Assembly: GCF_009834535.1 (NCBI RefSeq)
Contig: NC_045697.1
Coordinates: 10,294,001 to 10,358,000, forward strand
Direction: 5' to 3'
Length of the DNA: 64,000 nucleotides
Origin: Camelus ferus
Taxonomy: Eukaryota
Of this stretch, positions 40,209 through 52,090 are shown piece after piece (the first letter of the stretch is position 1; each line of letters opens with the position of its first letter). The translations under genes and the position numbers were made by a program. The notes under the pieces are model-generated. The model had not been told where the DNA came from, made no database searches, and was given only the letters and a program-made list of their open reading frames with translations.

Positions 40209-43200
40209 TCTAAAGAAGTGTTTTTTCAAGCATGTTTAACCATGACCTTTAGTATGAAATACAGCACAACCCAGACACATACACATCACAACACTTCTAA
40301 CAAATTTCAGGAAACAGTATTTCCCTCCCTAATCCATGATGTATTCTATTATTTACTTTTCCATTTCACTTTTAATGCTATTTCTGACCCATAAAATTAA
40401 TTCCATGACCCACAAATAGGCAATAAAGCACACTTTGAAAAATATTGTTCTACAGTAGGATATAAAAGTTCCTAAGTGACCTATAAGCTTGTATCCTCTG
40501 ATGCCTGGCTAATTCAACAAAGAACCTATGTACAACAGGAAACGTATACTCAAAAACAGTAACATGCTACTTCCTATATTTTAAAAGAATCTGTAAACTG
40601 ACTTTCTGTCTCAGACATTCTGCAACTTAAAATCATACCTACAGCATGGCTTCAAACTGATTTGAAAAGTTATGTGTCACTTGAAGACTAAATATTAAGT
40701 TCAAAAACAGACAGGAAAAAACATAACAAAAATTCAACTACTATTACCACAAACAAGTTTTTATTTTTTTGTCTTCTCAGCCAGTGCTTTCATTTCATCA
40801 AGGGAGATTTACACTCAATGAAGAAAACCTTAAAACTGATATGCTCAAACTAGCTTTAATTTACAGACAGAAAAAACCATGATCCACAGGTGAAATGTTT
40901 TGCATAAAATCATACAGCTAGTAATAAGCAGCAGAACCATTAACGTAATGCAAAAAACAGGAGCTTCAGAAAGAGAAAAAATCCTAAAGATTAAAATTCA
41001 GGCTCCCCTAATTACTAGGTGAGTGAGTTAGGTAAGTTAGTTAACCACTAAGTCTGTCTCCTCTGTAAATCAGAGATAATACTTGCCACACAGCACTCTT
41101 GTGAGGATTAAAAGAAATAAATAAGCACGTAGTAAGAACTCATTAAATTCCCTTTCCCTTCCTCTCCTAGCTCTCAATTCAGCATTCTCTCCAATAAATC
41201 AACTCTCTCAATGCTAGTCAATAACAGTTTTTACAGGTATGCAAAGAAACAGGAAAACTAAATGAATTCTTCATAAACCTATATTCATTCAATTTTTTGA
41301 AAATAATCTATTCAAATTATTCTCAGCCTATTTCCTCTCTAGGGTTTTGGTCATAAATGTTCTATTTTTATAAAATGGTAAAGCAGGTGGCACTGTTAAT
41401 ATTCTTACCTGAAAAACTTGGGCACTCGATAAAGCCTCCAGCCCTTGAACTCTGTATAAGTGGTTTATGTATAAGTCTGGGAATCTCTGTACTAAGCACA
41501 TCCTTAAAACCACCACCTACTTTGTTTCGAGAAATGAGTTCAAACACACTGTTAAGACTACTTCTGACGCTTTAACGTAGATCTGACCACGTACTTCCCT
41601 TCGCTCCCACCATACGGCATTTAGATTTCCATCCTAGCACAAATGTTAAAATTGTAAACTCCTTAAGAATAGGAACGACATTTCACACCACCAATACAAG
41701 CTACTACAGCGCCAACTGACAGGAGAAACTCCACACTCACTAGCAGAATGTTAAGTTTTGAGGATTTGAGGAAAAACTGAGGAATTGAAATAAGCTGGAA
41801 AAAGGATGTCATCCAATGTAAATATTCCCTAAAAACCATCCCAAGTTGGAAGGTCAGTGAACAACAGATTGTCAACAAGAAAAATTCTGTCAGAAACTAC
41901 TCTGGTTTCATACAAAGAAAATTAAGCTAGGAATCATGATCCTGACGTGGGGTGCCATCCGGGTCCAGCACTGCTTATGTCAACTTGGTCTAGCTAACCA
42001 AGGCCTACAAATACCCAGCTATAAAGCAGAAATACCCCTGCCTTTACCTACCTCAAAGGACTGTTGTCTGAAAACTCTTTCCATAAAACGTTTTATAAAT
42101 GTAAGGGGGAATCCATGAGCAAACTATTAAATTAGGTATTATATAGCATATTTAAAATGGCCTACAACTTCAGAATAAATTATTCTTAGTAAACTAATCG
42201 TAGCACGAAGCACGTAAATAACTGAATTGATGCTAATAAATGGATGTTTCTAAAATATATTGTACTTGAAAAAGTCAATACTGGAAATAAAACTGACATC
42301 TTTATAATAACTGGGCATTCAGAGTCAACATTTAGAACATAGTGAAATAACACATTTTGTAAAGTTTTACTACATGCTGCTTGGGTTCAGTATCTATTGT
42401 CTGTACAACCAAAAGATGACAAAGGCAAAAACTAAGATGACCAATGAATAAAAACAAATAGTCCTTTAAGACAATTCAGCCATCATGAAATACGTTTTTT
42501 CCCCACTATCTCCCAAAGGCTGTCCCAGGAGAGATTTCCACCAACTATTAGTATCAGGAAGAAATCTGGATATAGAATTCCTATGCAGTTTTTTTTTTCC
42601 CTAACTCACCTTGGCCTCTGATTCACAGTTCAGAAAACTGGACTTTTAATCTTGATAAACATACACAACAATCTCATTTACTACATCTAATTAATTCAAA
42701 TTATGTGATAATTTTAGCTTAGGTTATGGCAAACTGAAAATGCTTTCTTAGTTATTTCAAGAGCAGACATTTAACTCCTGAAAAGAAACTTATTTGACTC
42801 AGATGTTGTTTTTAAAAATGGCACTGTATTTTCAAAATATGATCTAACATTTTCAATCACCAGGTAATGGCACACACAATTAGTACCTGACTTCTTCAAA
42901 TTTTTTAAATAGGGCTGGTCAGGCTAGCGTGTAACTAAGTCAAGTTATGATTCTTAACTATTTTGGGAGAATCAAGTCACAATCGTTTGGAAATCTACTG
43001 AAAGTCACAGACCCCCTAGAAAAACGTACACAGGCACCAAAATTTTCCTAACAATTTTGGGTGATCCTTGGACTACCTCTCTGAACTGAAGAAAGGACCT
43101 CGGATTCTATTACTCCTCTTTAACTTTCCCTTCTCAATTTGAGAAAGTAAAACACCTTCCCATTTTTTTCCTGCAATTTTTCTCCTGCAATTAAAACATA

Positions 43201-44685
43201 TTATCAGAATAACTAAGTCCAAAAGCCAGAACAGATGAAAATGCTATATAGTAAGTGAAGTCAAAAATCCAGAGTTACACGGCTTACCCATTTGTTGTTT
43301 CTCCCTTTTGGCCGCACACTGGACTAACCTGGGGAGCTTTAAATTACACTGGATGCCTGGGTCCCTCCCTCAGAGGCCCTGATTTTAACAGCTTTCGGAT
43401 GACTCTCATGAGCAAAGTTGAGAACCACTGTCCTAGACTGCCCTGGTATTTAAACCTATATCTGAACCGGGTGTTTTTAATCTTCAAAATGGAGACAGGG
43501 AAAAGACGGTTGTGGGTGCTTGTTAAGTGTGGCCTAGCACTGAAGACTTTGGGCATCCTCCAACCCAGACCTCACTGGGCTGCAAGTACATCTCTTTTCT
43601 CTCAACAGTGATTCTCCTTAATGCTATGTAATTTCTGAAAGTTCACCAAAGTTGATTTCTATGCTTAATAAAGAGTACTTTGTTTTTCGCTTGGTTCACT
43701 TCTACATGAAACAGAATTGCCCAAAGTTCTCAGGATATCCGTATATGGACTTCCCCCAACATAAATTTTTGACAGAAATGTTTTTAAATCATTAGCAAAA
43801 AGGCCCTAAACTAAGGCCCTAAACTATCTCCACAAAAGTGCTTTTTCAGCTTATGCTGCGCCAATTAAGGGTGCAAAAAGGTTCTCGCAGTTAAACCAAC
43901 TTTTTCGGAGGCCCCTTTCATTGGAGTCCAGTAAAGAATTCCAACAGAGAAGAGCTGCGTTGTAACAAAATCTACATCGAGTAAAGGCTCCAGACAATAC
44001 AATTTGCAAAGAAAAGATAATCGCAAATGAAGAGTGAGGGTTCTCAAGAGACCTGAGTTTTTTTCCCAAATCAAACCAGTGAAAAAGCTGGGGCGTAAAA
44101 TAGGCAGAGAGCAGTTAGGAGAAGCTGCCTGTTGGGCCAGGCAGCAAGCCAGAGGTTTAGAAGGATGGATGGGTGTGAGTACAGACTCGGGGAGCCCCAA
44201 AACAGGCCAGGGGGAGGGCGGGGGCAGTGCTGATGCAGGAGGCGGGGGCAACTGTAAAAACGACCTGCCCCAAGCGGAAAGGAAGCCACCGAGGTGACCG
44301 GCCCGGGGTCCCCGAAGGCCGGTGGGGTGTGGAGGAGCCCCTCTCCTCTGGGGGCAGAGGCGTGGGGAGGCCTGGGGCGGGAGGCCGGGCGGGGCCGCGG
44401 GGAGCCCGCCCGAGGGCGGCGGGCTGCCAGGCCCTTGGCCAGTAGGACGCCACCGGGAAGGGGCCGCGCCGCGAGCCCCGAGGGCACGTCCAAAGCCGCC
44501 CGCCCGGCGGGGACGCGGGCTCCCGGGGAAGGTGCGGAGGAGCGAGCGCGGAGCTGACAGCTGCGCAGGCAGCAATTCGCGCGGCGCGGCCCCCGGGGGC
44601 TGCGGGCGCGGCGCAGGCCCTGCCGCCCAGGGACCCGGCTCGCTCCTCCCCGCTGTCCGGAGCCAGAGGCCCCGCACACCGTTAC

Positions 44686-44769
44686 CTTGTCGCAGTAGAG
44701 CCCCACCAGCTGCTTCATCCGCCAGTGTGGGGCGGTGAAGACATCCACTTCTTCGGGGAACGGCGCCAT
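44686..44769 (-). CDS. FBXL5: FBXL5 coding exon 1 ([28 protein letters not shown]; includes iron ligand His15)
   Basis: ATG at 44769 in the context GTGGCGATGG; donor AAG|GTAAC; 84 nt. Confidence 0.98.
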
Positions 44770-44851
44770 CGCCACTGCCTCCGCCTCAGCAGCAGCGGCC
44801 GCCGCCTCTCCATAGACACCCTCGCCGCGGGGCAGAGGCGGCGCGCCCCCC

Positions 44852-44862
44852 TGCGCATGCGC
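44852..44862. promoter_or_regulatory. NRF1 consensus site TGCGCATGCGC
   Basis: Exact match to the NRF1 palindrome, ~85 bp upstream of the ATG. Confidence 0.7.
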
Positions 44863-44947
44863 CCGCCCCGTCGGCGCGCGCGCCCGGGCTGCCGGACCAG
44901 CCCGGACGCGGGGGCGCGCGAGCCGCCGCCATGCGGTCCCCACGGCC

Positions 44948-44955
44948 CACGTGAC
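44948..44955. promoter_or_regulatory. E-box CACGTGAC (USF/TFE-type; contains the RCGTG HRE core)
   Basis: The minus strand reads GGTCACGTGGG, ~180 bp upstream of the ATG. Confidence 0.6.
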
Positions 44956-46246
44956 CGGCGCGCGGCAGAGGCTTGCGCTTTCACCTCCCACATCCAGTTT
45001 TCTCGTTCCTCGTCCTCCTCATGCGCCGGAAAAAGAAGCCAGTTCTTTTCCCTGTTTGCTTCCTTGTTATGTTTCACAACATAAAACATTATCCGCGGGG
45101 AGGGGGTGTCGTTTTAGGGGCGCTGTCAGCGTGTCTCGCGGCCGCTACGCCAACCAGGCCTTGAAGCCGAGGCGGCCGAGAGCGCTGCCTGAGCGCCGCC
45201 GCAGGCCGGGCTTCCCTGTTCGCCTGGGCGACTTCGCCGTGGGTCCCCCCGAGCCGCTTTCGCCTCCCAGCCATTCTCCGTGCCAGAGGTGGACGCGGGC
45301 CCGAGCGCCGACCTCCTCGCCCGCTGGTCAGGCGCCCCGGCGACTGTGGGAACCAGGACTGGGCGATCCAAGAGCTTGCAACGCGCAGGGAACACGGGGA
45401 CGCGTGACAGGACCAGACAATGGCGGCCCCCGGGCTCGGGGCGGGCGCGGAGCCTGGTGCTGAGGGCTGGGCGGGAACCACGCATCTCCTCGCGGGCGGG
45501 CGAGGGGGAAGGGCCGCGTGGAATTCTGGAGACTCCAAGGAGGGGAAGATGGCTCCTGGGGATGGGTAGGCGGGAAAAATGTACCCCCAGCACAGGGACG
45601 CCGGGTCAGGAGTCTCAGAAAGGCCGTAGGTGCTGGGGAGGATGAGTAATCACAGAAAAATAGTGCGGGAAAAGAACCTCGGTACACAACCCTCCATTTT
45701 AAGCCGAGCAGACTTAAACAAGGTCACTGCCAAGAGAAAGGTTAGTGTGTCTCTTCCTCACAGGTCATCTGGTCCCTGCCCCAGCCTCCAGACACCTAGG
45801 AAGATACTGTTATGGGCTCTGATGATCTGGATCAAGCCTGGACTGGTTGGTTGGAGGATTAATGGACACACAGAAATGAGAGAGAACAGGGAAGACTGAG
45901 AACCCGGGAAGGGTTATATTATTTGCTTAATAACGATAAACTCCAGAGGAGCAAAAACCATATAGATTCTGTTCACCCCTTATATCCCTAATATCTATCA
46001 CATTTCCATGAAAACATAGAGGTTCAATAAATTTTCAGTGATGGAGTAGGAGGTAAGAAGAACGCACTGGTATATTTCTAATCTTACTATGTGCCATTTA
46101 TTGGCAGCTGTATGAGCAGCGTTTAAAAGCACAGATTGGAGATGAAGTTGGACTCCTGGTTTGCCAGACACTACATGTATGACCTCGTGCAAGCTTCGTG
46201 ACTTCTCTGTGCCTCAGTTTCCTCATACATAAAATGGGGTTAATAC

Positions 46247-46590
46247 TTCTAGGAACTAAGTGCTTGTGTCCCCCCTAAAATTCATATGTTGAAACCTTAC
46301 CCCCCCATGTGATGTTATTAGGAGGTTGGCCTTTGGGAGATCATTAGGATCATGAGGTCATGAAAGTAAAACCCTAATAATGGATTGGTGCCTTTATAAG
46401 AATCCCAAAAGAATGTGCCTCCCTTCCACTCTTTCCCATGTGAGGACATAAGGAGAAATCAACAGTCTGGCCCTCACCATGCTGACACTCTGATCTTGGA
46501 CTTCTAACCTCTACGACCATGACAAATACATTTCAGCTGTTTATAAGCCACCTAGTCTATGGTGTTTTGTTTTAAGTCTGAGTGAAGGCC
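46247..46590 (+). mobile_element. MaLR LTR (MLT1A-like) inserted in a MIR
   Basis: TGTGTCCCCCCTAAAATTCATATGTTGAAACC...TTTATAAGCCACCTAGTCTATGGT; 5-bp TSD AATAC (46242-46246 and 46591-46595); MIR halves on both sides. Confidence 0.85.
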
Positions 46591-47242
46591 AATACCTACT
46601 TCACAGGATTGTTACAAGGATTAAGATAGTTCATACATTTGGATTATTTATAATAGTACCTAGCACCTAGTGAGTACTGTCTGTAAACTGTCATTATTAA
46701 ATAACTCTGTGAGGTCGTCCTGTAGGAGAATCAAGTCTTAAAGGCATTCTGGTAATTGCCTGGCATCCCACAAATTAGTGAGTAATCAGGCCATATGAAT
46801 CTAGGTCTGGTAACACCCTCCCAGGTGCAGTGTTAGTTGTGTGGGATTCAGATGATGGTTTATACACAGTCTGCCCTAGAAACAGGAATAATAGTATTCC
46901 TGTTAAGTACTAGAATAGAGATAAAATTTTGATATGTGTCTTTCTCTCTCATCCTCTTTCCCTTTTTCCTTTATTTTTAAACTGCTGTTTCACTGTGGCT
47001 TTGCCTCTATAACTTTAAATATCCCCCAGAGGATGTTTCCTTGTTTCCCCTCTATTTCTTTACTTCATTCTGATCTGCCACTCCAGCTGTCTTGGAATGG
47101 CGATCTAGACCTCAGAACCAGCTATACAGAGCAATGAGCTCCAAGAGAACATGCACATCGTTTTAGCCTCAGTGGTTGAACAATGCCTATCATACTTAAA
47201 CTTAGCACTCAGTATTTGTTGAAAAAAGAAAGAAGGAATAAG

Positions 47243-47383
47243 GGGGGAGGGCATAGCTCAGTGGTAAAATGCATGCTTAGCATGCATGAGGTCCTGGATT
47301 CAATCCCCAGTACCCCCGTGAAAATAAGTAAATAAATAAACCTAATTACCTCCCCCCAAAATAAATTTTTAAGTAAAAAAAAA
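47243..47383 (+). mobile_element. tRNA-derived SINE (vic-1-like)
   Basis: GGGGGAGGGCATAGCTCAGTGGTA...GGTCCTGGATTCAATCCCCAGTACC; TSD approximately AAAGAAGGAAT(T)AAG. Confidence 0.9.
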
Positions 47384-48675
47384 AAAGAAGGAATTAAGGA
47401 CATTCGTGGCATTCTGTAATTTCCTCATTTTAACTAACTTTTAATACACCATGTTTTATTTCCCAATAGCTATTTGTGTCCATGTCGTTCACCAGTGTCC
47501 CTTAAGTAGATGTTTAACAACAACAACAACAAAAACTCCATCCACACACAGTTTCACTGTGACCAAGAATTTGAAACTGTGTGGTCAGCTGAACAGTAGT
47601 AACAGCCACTTTGGACTCTGGCCATTTCAGGGAATTTGAGATGACAAAATGATAGGAATAAAGTAATAAAAAAAAAAAAGTCCTGGGGGTCATTCTTCCC
47701 TTCAGAAGAAGCTATTAACGTTTGCTCCATATACTGAGGAAGGTAATAATTAATCACCTGATCTATCCAGAATAAGTGATTGATTTACATTAAACTTTAG
47801 CCCCAGAAAGGCGACACTGATGGGTGTAGTATCGTCTTTATGGGTGCCCGCAACTACAGCAGGTGAGGAGCTGTTACCAAGGCCAAGGTTGTCATTTTAA
47901 TCGTGCCTTTATGATTTCTTCTGGTGTATAACAGCAAAGGAATTCTGACAGACATCTAGCTGTGGGTAACAAGGAGACTGGTTAAGGCATACGAACAGAA
48001 CAGTGAAAAATCCACATTGCATAGTGCCTGGTGGGCCGGCAATTCCTTCTTTCCTGCTCTCATTCTCTGTGAAAAACAGCGTGCTAGCAGGGTAGAAACA
48101 AAATGCCAGATCATTCCCTGGGGATCTAAATATATGATGACACTAGGCCTCTTTACTGGTATCTCCCAACCCTAGTTTTGAGGGCCGTGGAAAGTGGTAT
48201 TGGTCAGGGAAAGTCAGTTCCGAGACATTTATATTTAACTCTCTTTAGCTGAGTACGTGACAGCTCTTCTCCCTGTCATTGTTAGCTGTGAAAGCAAGCA
48301 GTGAAAAGATGTTGCTATCCCCAACAGCTGGTGTCCCGGTCCTGACTCAGTACCAGAGCTGATCCTTACCGTCAGCCAAAACAGCCAATCAGCAAGTGCA
48401 GCGGCAGGCTAGGTGGATTTAGGAGTAAAGCTTTTAGCAGGGATGATGGCCTTATTAAAAGAAAAGATAGCCGCTGAACTGAAATTTGATGCCAGATGCT
48501 ACGTTTCTTTTTTTATTTTCCTTTCGGATACTTTATACCCACATGGACCTAAGAAAATGAAATATATATAGGCCTGCATTTTGCCCCATACTTTTTACTT
48601 TCTTTCTTTTAATTTAAACAATGAATTCTACTTCCCCATTGGTTTTTACTATATAATTATAGAAGCGTCGCTGTG

Positions 48676-49061
48676 TGTGTTAGTTTGCTGGGGCTGTCAT
48701 AACAAAATATCACAGACGTAAAGAACAAGATCTCATTTCTCACAGTTCTGGAAGTCCAACACCAAGGTGTCAGCAGATTTGATTTCTTCTAACGCCTCTC
48801 TTCTTGGCTTACAGATGGCCACCTTCTTGCAGTGTCCTCACATGGCCTTTTCTCTGTGCCTGTGTGTGTCTGGTGTCTATGTCCTAATCTCCTTTTGGGA
48901 TAAGGACACCAGTAAGACTGTATTAAGGTCCACCCTAACCACCTCATTTAACTTAATCACATCTTTAAAGATCCCATCTCCAAATACAGTCACATTCTCA
49001 TATACTAAGGGTTAGGCCTTCAACGTATGAATTTGAACAGAACACAATTCAGGCCATAACA
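48676..49061 (-). mobile_element. MaLR LTR (MLT1-like)
   Basis: TGTGTTAGTTTGCTGGGGCTGTCATAACAAA...ACACAATTCAGGCCATAACA; TSD CTGTG/CTATG. Confidence 0.85.
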
Positions 49062-51653
49062 CTATGGAAAGAAAAGCTTGTAACAAAAGATACAATAAAA
49101 TATTTTGCACGCTGGGACAAAATTAATTGGAAACAACTAGATGTCCCTCACTAGGCTGCTGGATATTAGACAAATAAATTATAGTACATTCATTCAATGG
49201 ACAAATATGCATCTGTTTAAAGATGTAAGATAGATCTATGCTTGCTGATATGGAATGAAACCAACATTTTCTAAGCTAAAAAAAATAATGTAGAGAACAC
49301 TGGTTAAATATATTCTCCTTTGTGTTAAAAAAAAAAGAAAGAAAAGATATAGTGTATGTTTCTAGAATAACACAGCAGAAATTAGTGACCAGGGGTTCTA
49401 GGATGGGAAACAGTTAAATGCCTCTTAAATACATATCTTTTGGCACAGTTCTAGTATTTTACTATGTTCACCTATTGCTCTTACAGTTATAAAAATTTGT
49501 TAATGATAATGCATTTTAAAAGAATTTAGGCAATAACTTTTAAGACTTTAAAAATGCTAAAATGACTGTATATAATCAGTAGCAAGAGTGTTAATTGCAA
49601 GTAGAGCCATTTTATGTTTATTCCAAAACTGTATTCTGCCTTGTGCATCTGCTCTGCCTCTGTGCTCTCTGCTGCACTGCTCCACTGCTCTTGGGTCCAC
49701 ATCCATTTTTCCAGTGGGACCAGAAGCATCTTTAAGGGTAGGGACAGTGTTCTGAATGCCCTTGGGGAAATGGGTATGATATAAAGTTAACCAAAAAAAA
49801 AAAAATGGGACCAAAATTGCAGTACAGTATAATCCACACCAAATTTATAAAAATGCACAAAAAGGGTTGGAGATAAATGACACAAAGTCTTAGTAAGTCT
49901 CCTCTTAGTGACAAAAATTATAGTGATTCCTCCCTCCTTTATATTTTTCTATTCTTTCCAGTGTTTTGAATGAGCATATTTTACTTTTAATGTCAGAGTA
50001 CGAAAATGAATATATTACAAACAATCTGATGGCAACTATATTTTATAGCTACATTTACAAGGGGCTAAAAGTAAATATATCAAAATATTGATGGTGGCTG
50101 TCTTTTGGTGGTGGGACTGTGGCTGCTTTGGGGGAAAGGGAAGCTACTTTTTTCTTTAAATTTTAACAAAATTTTTTCCTAAATTTTGTATTTGAAAAAT
50201 AAAGTTAGGCTTTTTTTTTTTTTTAAGATTTCAGTTTAATCAACAGCAGCCGCTATTACAGCCGTAATTCCAGAGCTATGTCCAGTCTCTCAGAAGCCCC
50301 ACCCGACTGCACAGTTACATAATGAGAGTCCTAGGTGCTTCCTGTACCTGTACCTAGAGACCTTTGCCCTCATCTCCTGCCACGTGGTCCCATCCTTCTG
50401 ACATGGGGCTTTCCCAGCTTGTCCCTAGGAAGCCTCCAGTGAGTTCTCGCTGGGTTTCATTCCTTACACCACCAAGCCCCTATGGCACTTCCTGCAGGAC
50501 ACACACACAGGAACCTCTTCACCTCGGCGAGGCCTCTCTAGCCAGCCAACAGTGCGGCCAGATCTTTTTAAAGTCCAAATAGTTGCTAGGAAGTTGGGAG
50601 GGGTTCTGCCACATGGGGTATTCTCCTGTTCGGTGGCTCTTTGTGCTCACAGTGAATCTCAGTGTCTGTTCCCAGAACTTCAAGTTTGCATTTTTGGAGC
50701 ACATTCCTGACTTAAAGATTAAGGCATCAGGTTGGAACACAGGTACTACTTACTGTGCCCTTTTTTTTCAAGGTGTGGAGCTCTCTCCCCTAGAGGTGGT
50801 GACTCATTGATGCCTCATGCATAAGATAAAGAAATGCTTGGACTTGTGGGTAGGATAACAGAAGAGCTGATAAGAGAAAGAGGCATAAAAGAAAAAGGGA
50901 CAGATATGACAGAAATAAAAAGACAAGGAACAGCACAGTCTGGGAAGGATTAAAGGAAAGGAAAAAGATACAGGTAGAAGTAGACAGAAGAAAACAATAA
51001 TTAAGATGTGTTGATGTCTTACCAGGCACTGTAAATGCTTGACATGAGTTATATGTAATCCTCACAATAGCTACATGTGGGAGGTTTTACTATTCTTCCT
51101 ACCTGATGGGAAAAGAAAAATAATGTTTAGAATTATTGACTTGCCCAAGATCACAAAGCTAGTCAGTGGAAAATCAGGGATATAAATCTGTCTTCCTCAT
51201 CCTAGAACATGTACTTAACCTTACATTAAAAGACGGTTCTCTGTCATCAGTTTATCTCAGCAAACTAAATGCATAATATGTGTTATTAACCTCTGAAAAG
51301 GAGCCAGAGGTGACAAAGAAGAGTGTAGGCTATACCACAAACTACGTAAGTGTCCAAATAGAGAGGAGTTCAGTCCCCTAGATTACCTTTTGAAAAGAAG
51401 TAGTTTAGATAATGCTAAGACCACAGTTTGCGCCATTAGAAATATGGAGCTATGATGTGCGTAGTGGTCCATGTTTTGTGGGAGCCCATGATTGGGTTAA
51501 CAAATTGTAACAGACCCCAGCCGCTTGTCTCCTTAAAGAAGAGCAAATGTGCTTAGTAACTGCCTTGCTTGCATAGTTGAGGTTTTAGATAGCACTCTGC
51601 TTGTTACAAAGCAACAACCCAGGCCCTCGGCTATAAACGCTGGGCGTGCCTGC

Positions 51654-52090
51654 TGTTAGATAGTCTTCTATCCCCAAAACAAGGAAGTGGCTGGTCTGGT
51701 GGTCTGCTTTAACATAGCTCTAAGAATGTATCTTGTTCCCTTCTTCTCATGACTTCCCTAGGGATAAACTGTAGGCCCCCAAAGGAGTCTTGGGCTGGAA
51801 TGGTAAACAAGTTATAAAAAGCTGCAAACTCAGAGGTGAGAAGGCTGGTTAGCCAATGATGGGTAAGATCCCCAGAGGGGGGCAACCTAAGACAGGCACA
51901 GCCGCCTGAGTCCAAGAAAAACGTTGTTAAGCAGCTGCTTCTCATACATTCCGCCCTGATAAACTGTAAGACTCACTGGTGCCAACACGAACATGATTTA
52001 CCAAAACATAAAGGGTCTTCTGACCTTGAGCCAGACTCTACAATCTCGATCCTACCCTGTCTTTCCCTAAATTCTTGCATTCCATCACAC
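51654..52090. mobile_element. Probable solo ERV LTR (family and orientation uncertain)
   Basis: Begins TGTTAG, ~440 bp, and contains TTATAAAA and AGCCAATG motifs; recognised by resemblance only. Confidence 0.45.

Larger units (their letters stand above)
4995..44769 (-). other. FBXL5: FBXL5 gene body (ATG to stop), 11 coding exons, 691-aa F-box/LRR protein with N-terminal hemerythrin-like domain
   Basis: Exon lengths 84+216+96+187+183+126+149+83+726+149+77 = 2076 nt = 691 aa + TGA. All junctions are GT-AG with compatible phases. The translation matches FBXL5 as I recall it ([16 protein letters not shown]...[11 protein letters not shown]). Confidence 0.99.
44190..45620. promoter_or_regulatory. 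CpG island / FBXL5 promoter and first exon
   Basis: Abrupt high-GC, CpG-dense stretch around the start codon in an otherwise AT-rich window; several GC boxes (GGGCGG/CCGCCC). Confidence 0.95.

Noticed and set aside
44760..44790. CAGTGG just upstream of the ATG as a possible iron-responsive element (also CAGTGN hits in the 3' UTR)
   Set aside because: The flanks (C-GGAGG / CGATG) cannot form the 5-bp upper stem. The 3' UTR hits I checked also fail, so no IRE feedback loop is supported.
44921..44954. Near-perfect Kozak GCCGCCGCCATG on the + strand
   Set aside because: It opens only a 7-codon ORF (MRSPRPT*) and is more plausibly a promoter motif or chance.
43851..45899. Many overlapping 100-300 aa ORFs on both strands, including the 306-aa ORF 44071..44991 containing FBXL5 exon 1
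   Set aside because: Expected from stop-codon scarcity in a CpG island. The translations are low-complexity R/G/P/A. The 306-aa ORF starts at GTG and reads through the exon 1 donor into the intron.
47243..47320. tRNA-like sequences with A and B boxes (also at 21554, 54875, 55400, 58300 and 63060)
   Set aside because: They carry AT-rich tails and TSDs and are mutually diverged, so they are SINE heads rather than tRNA genes.
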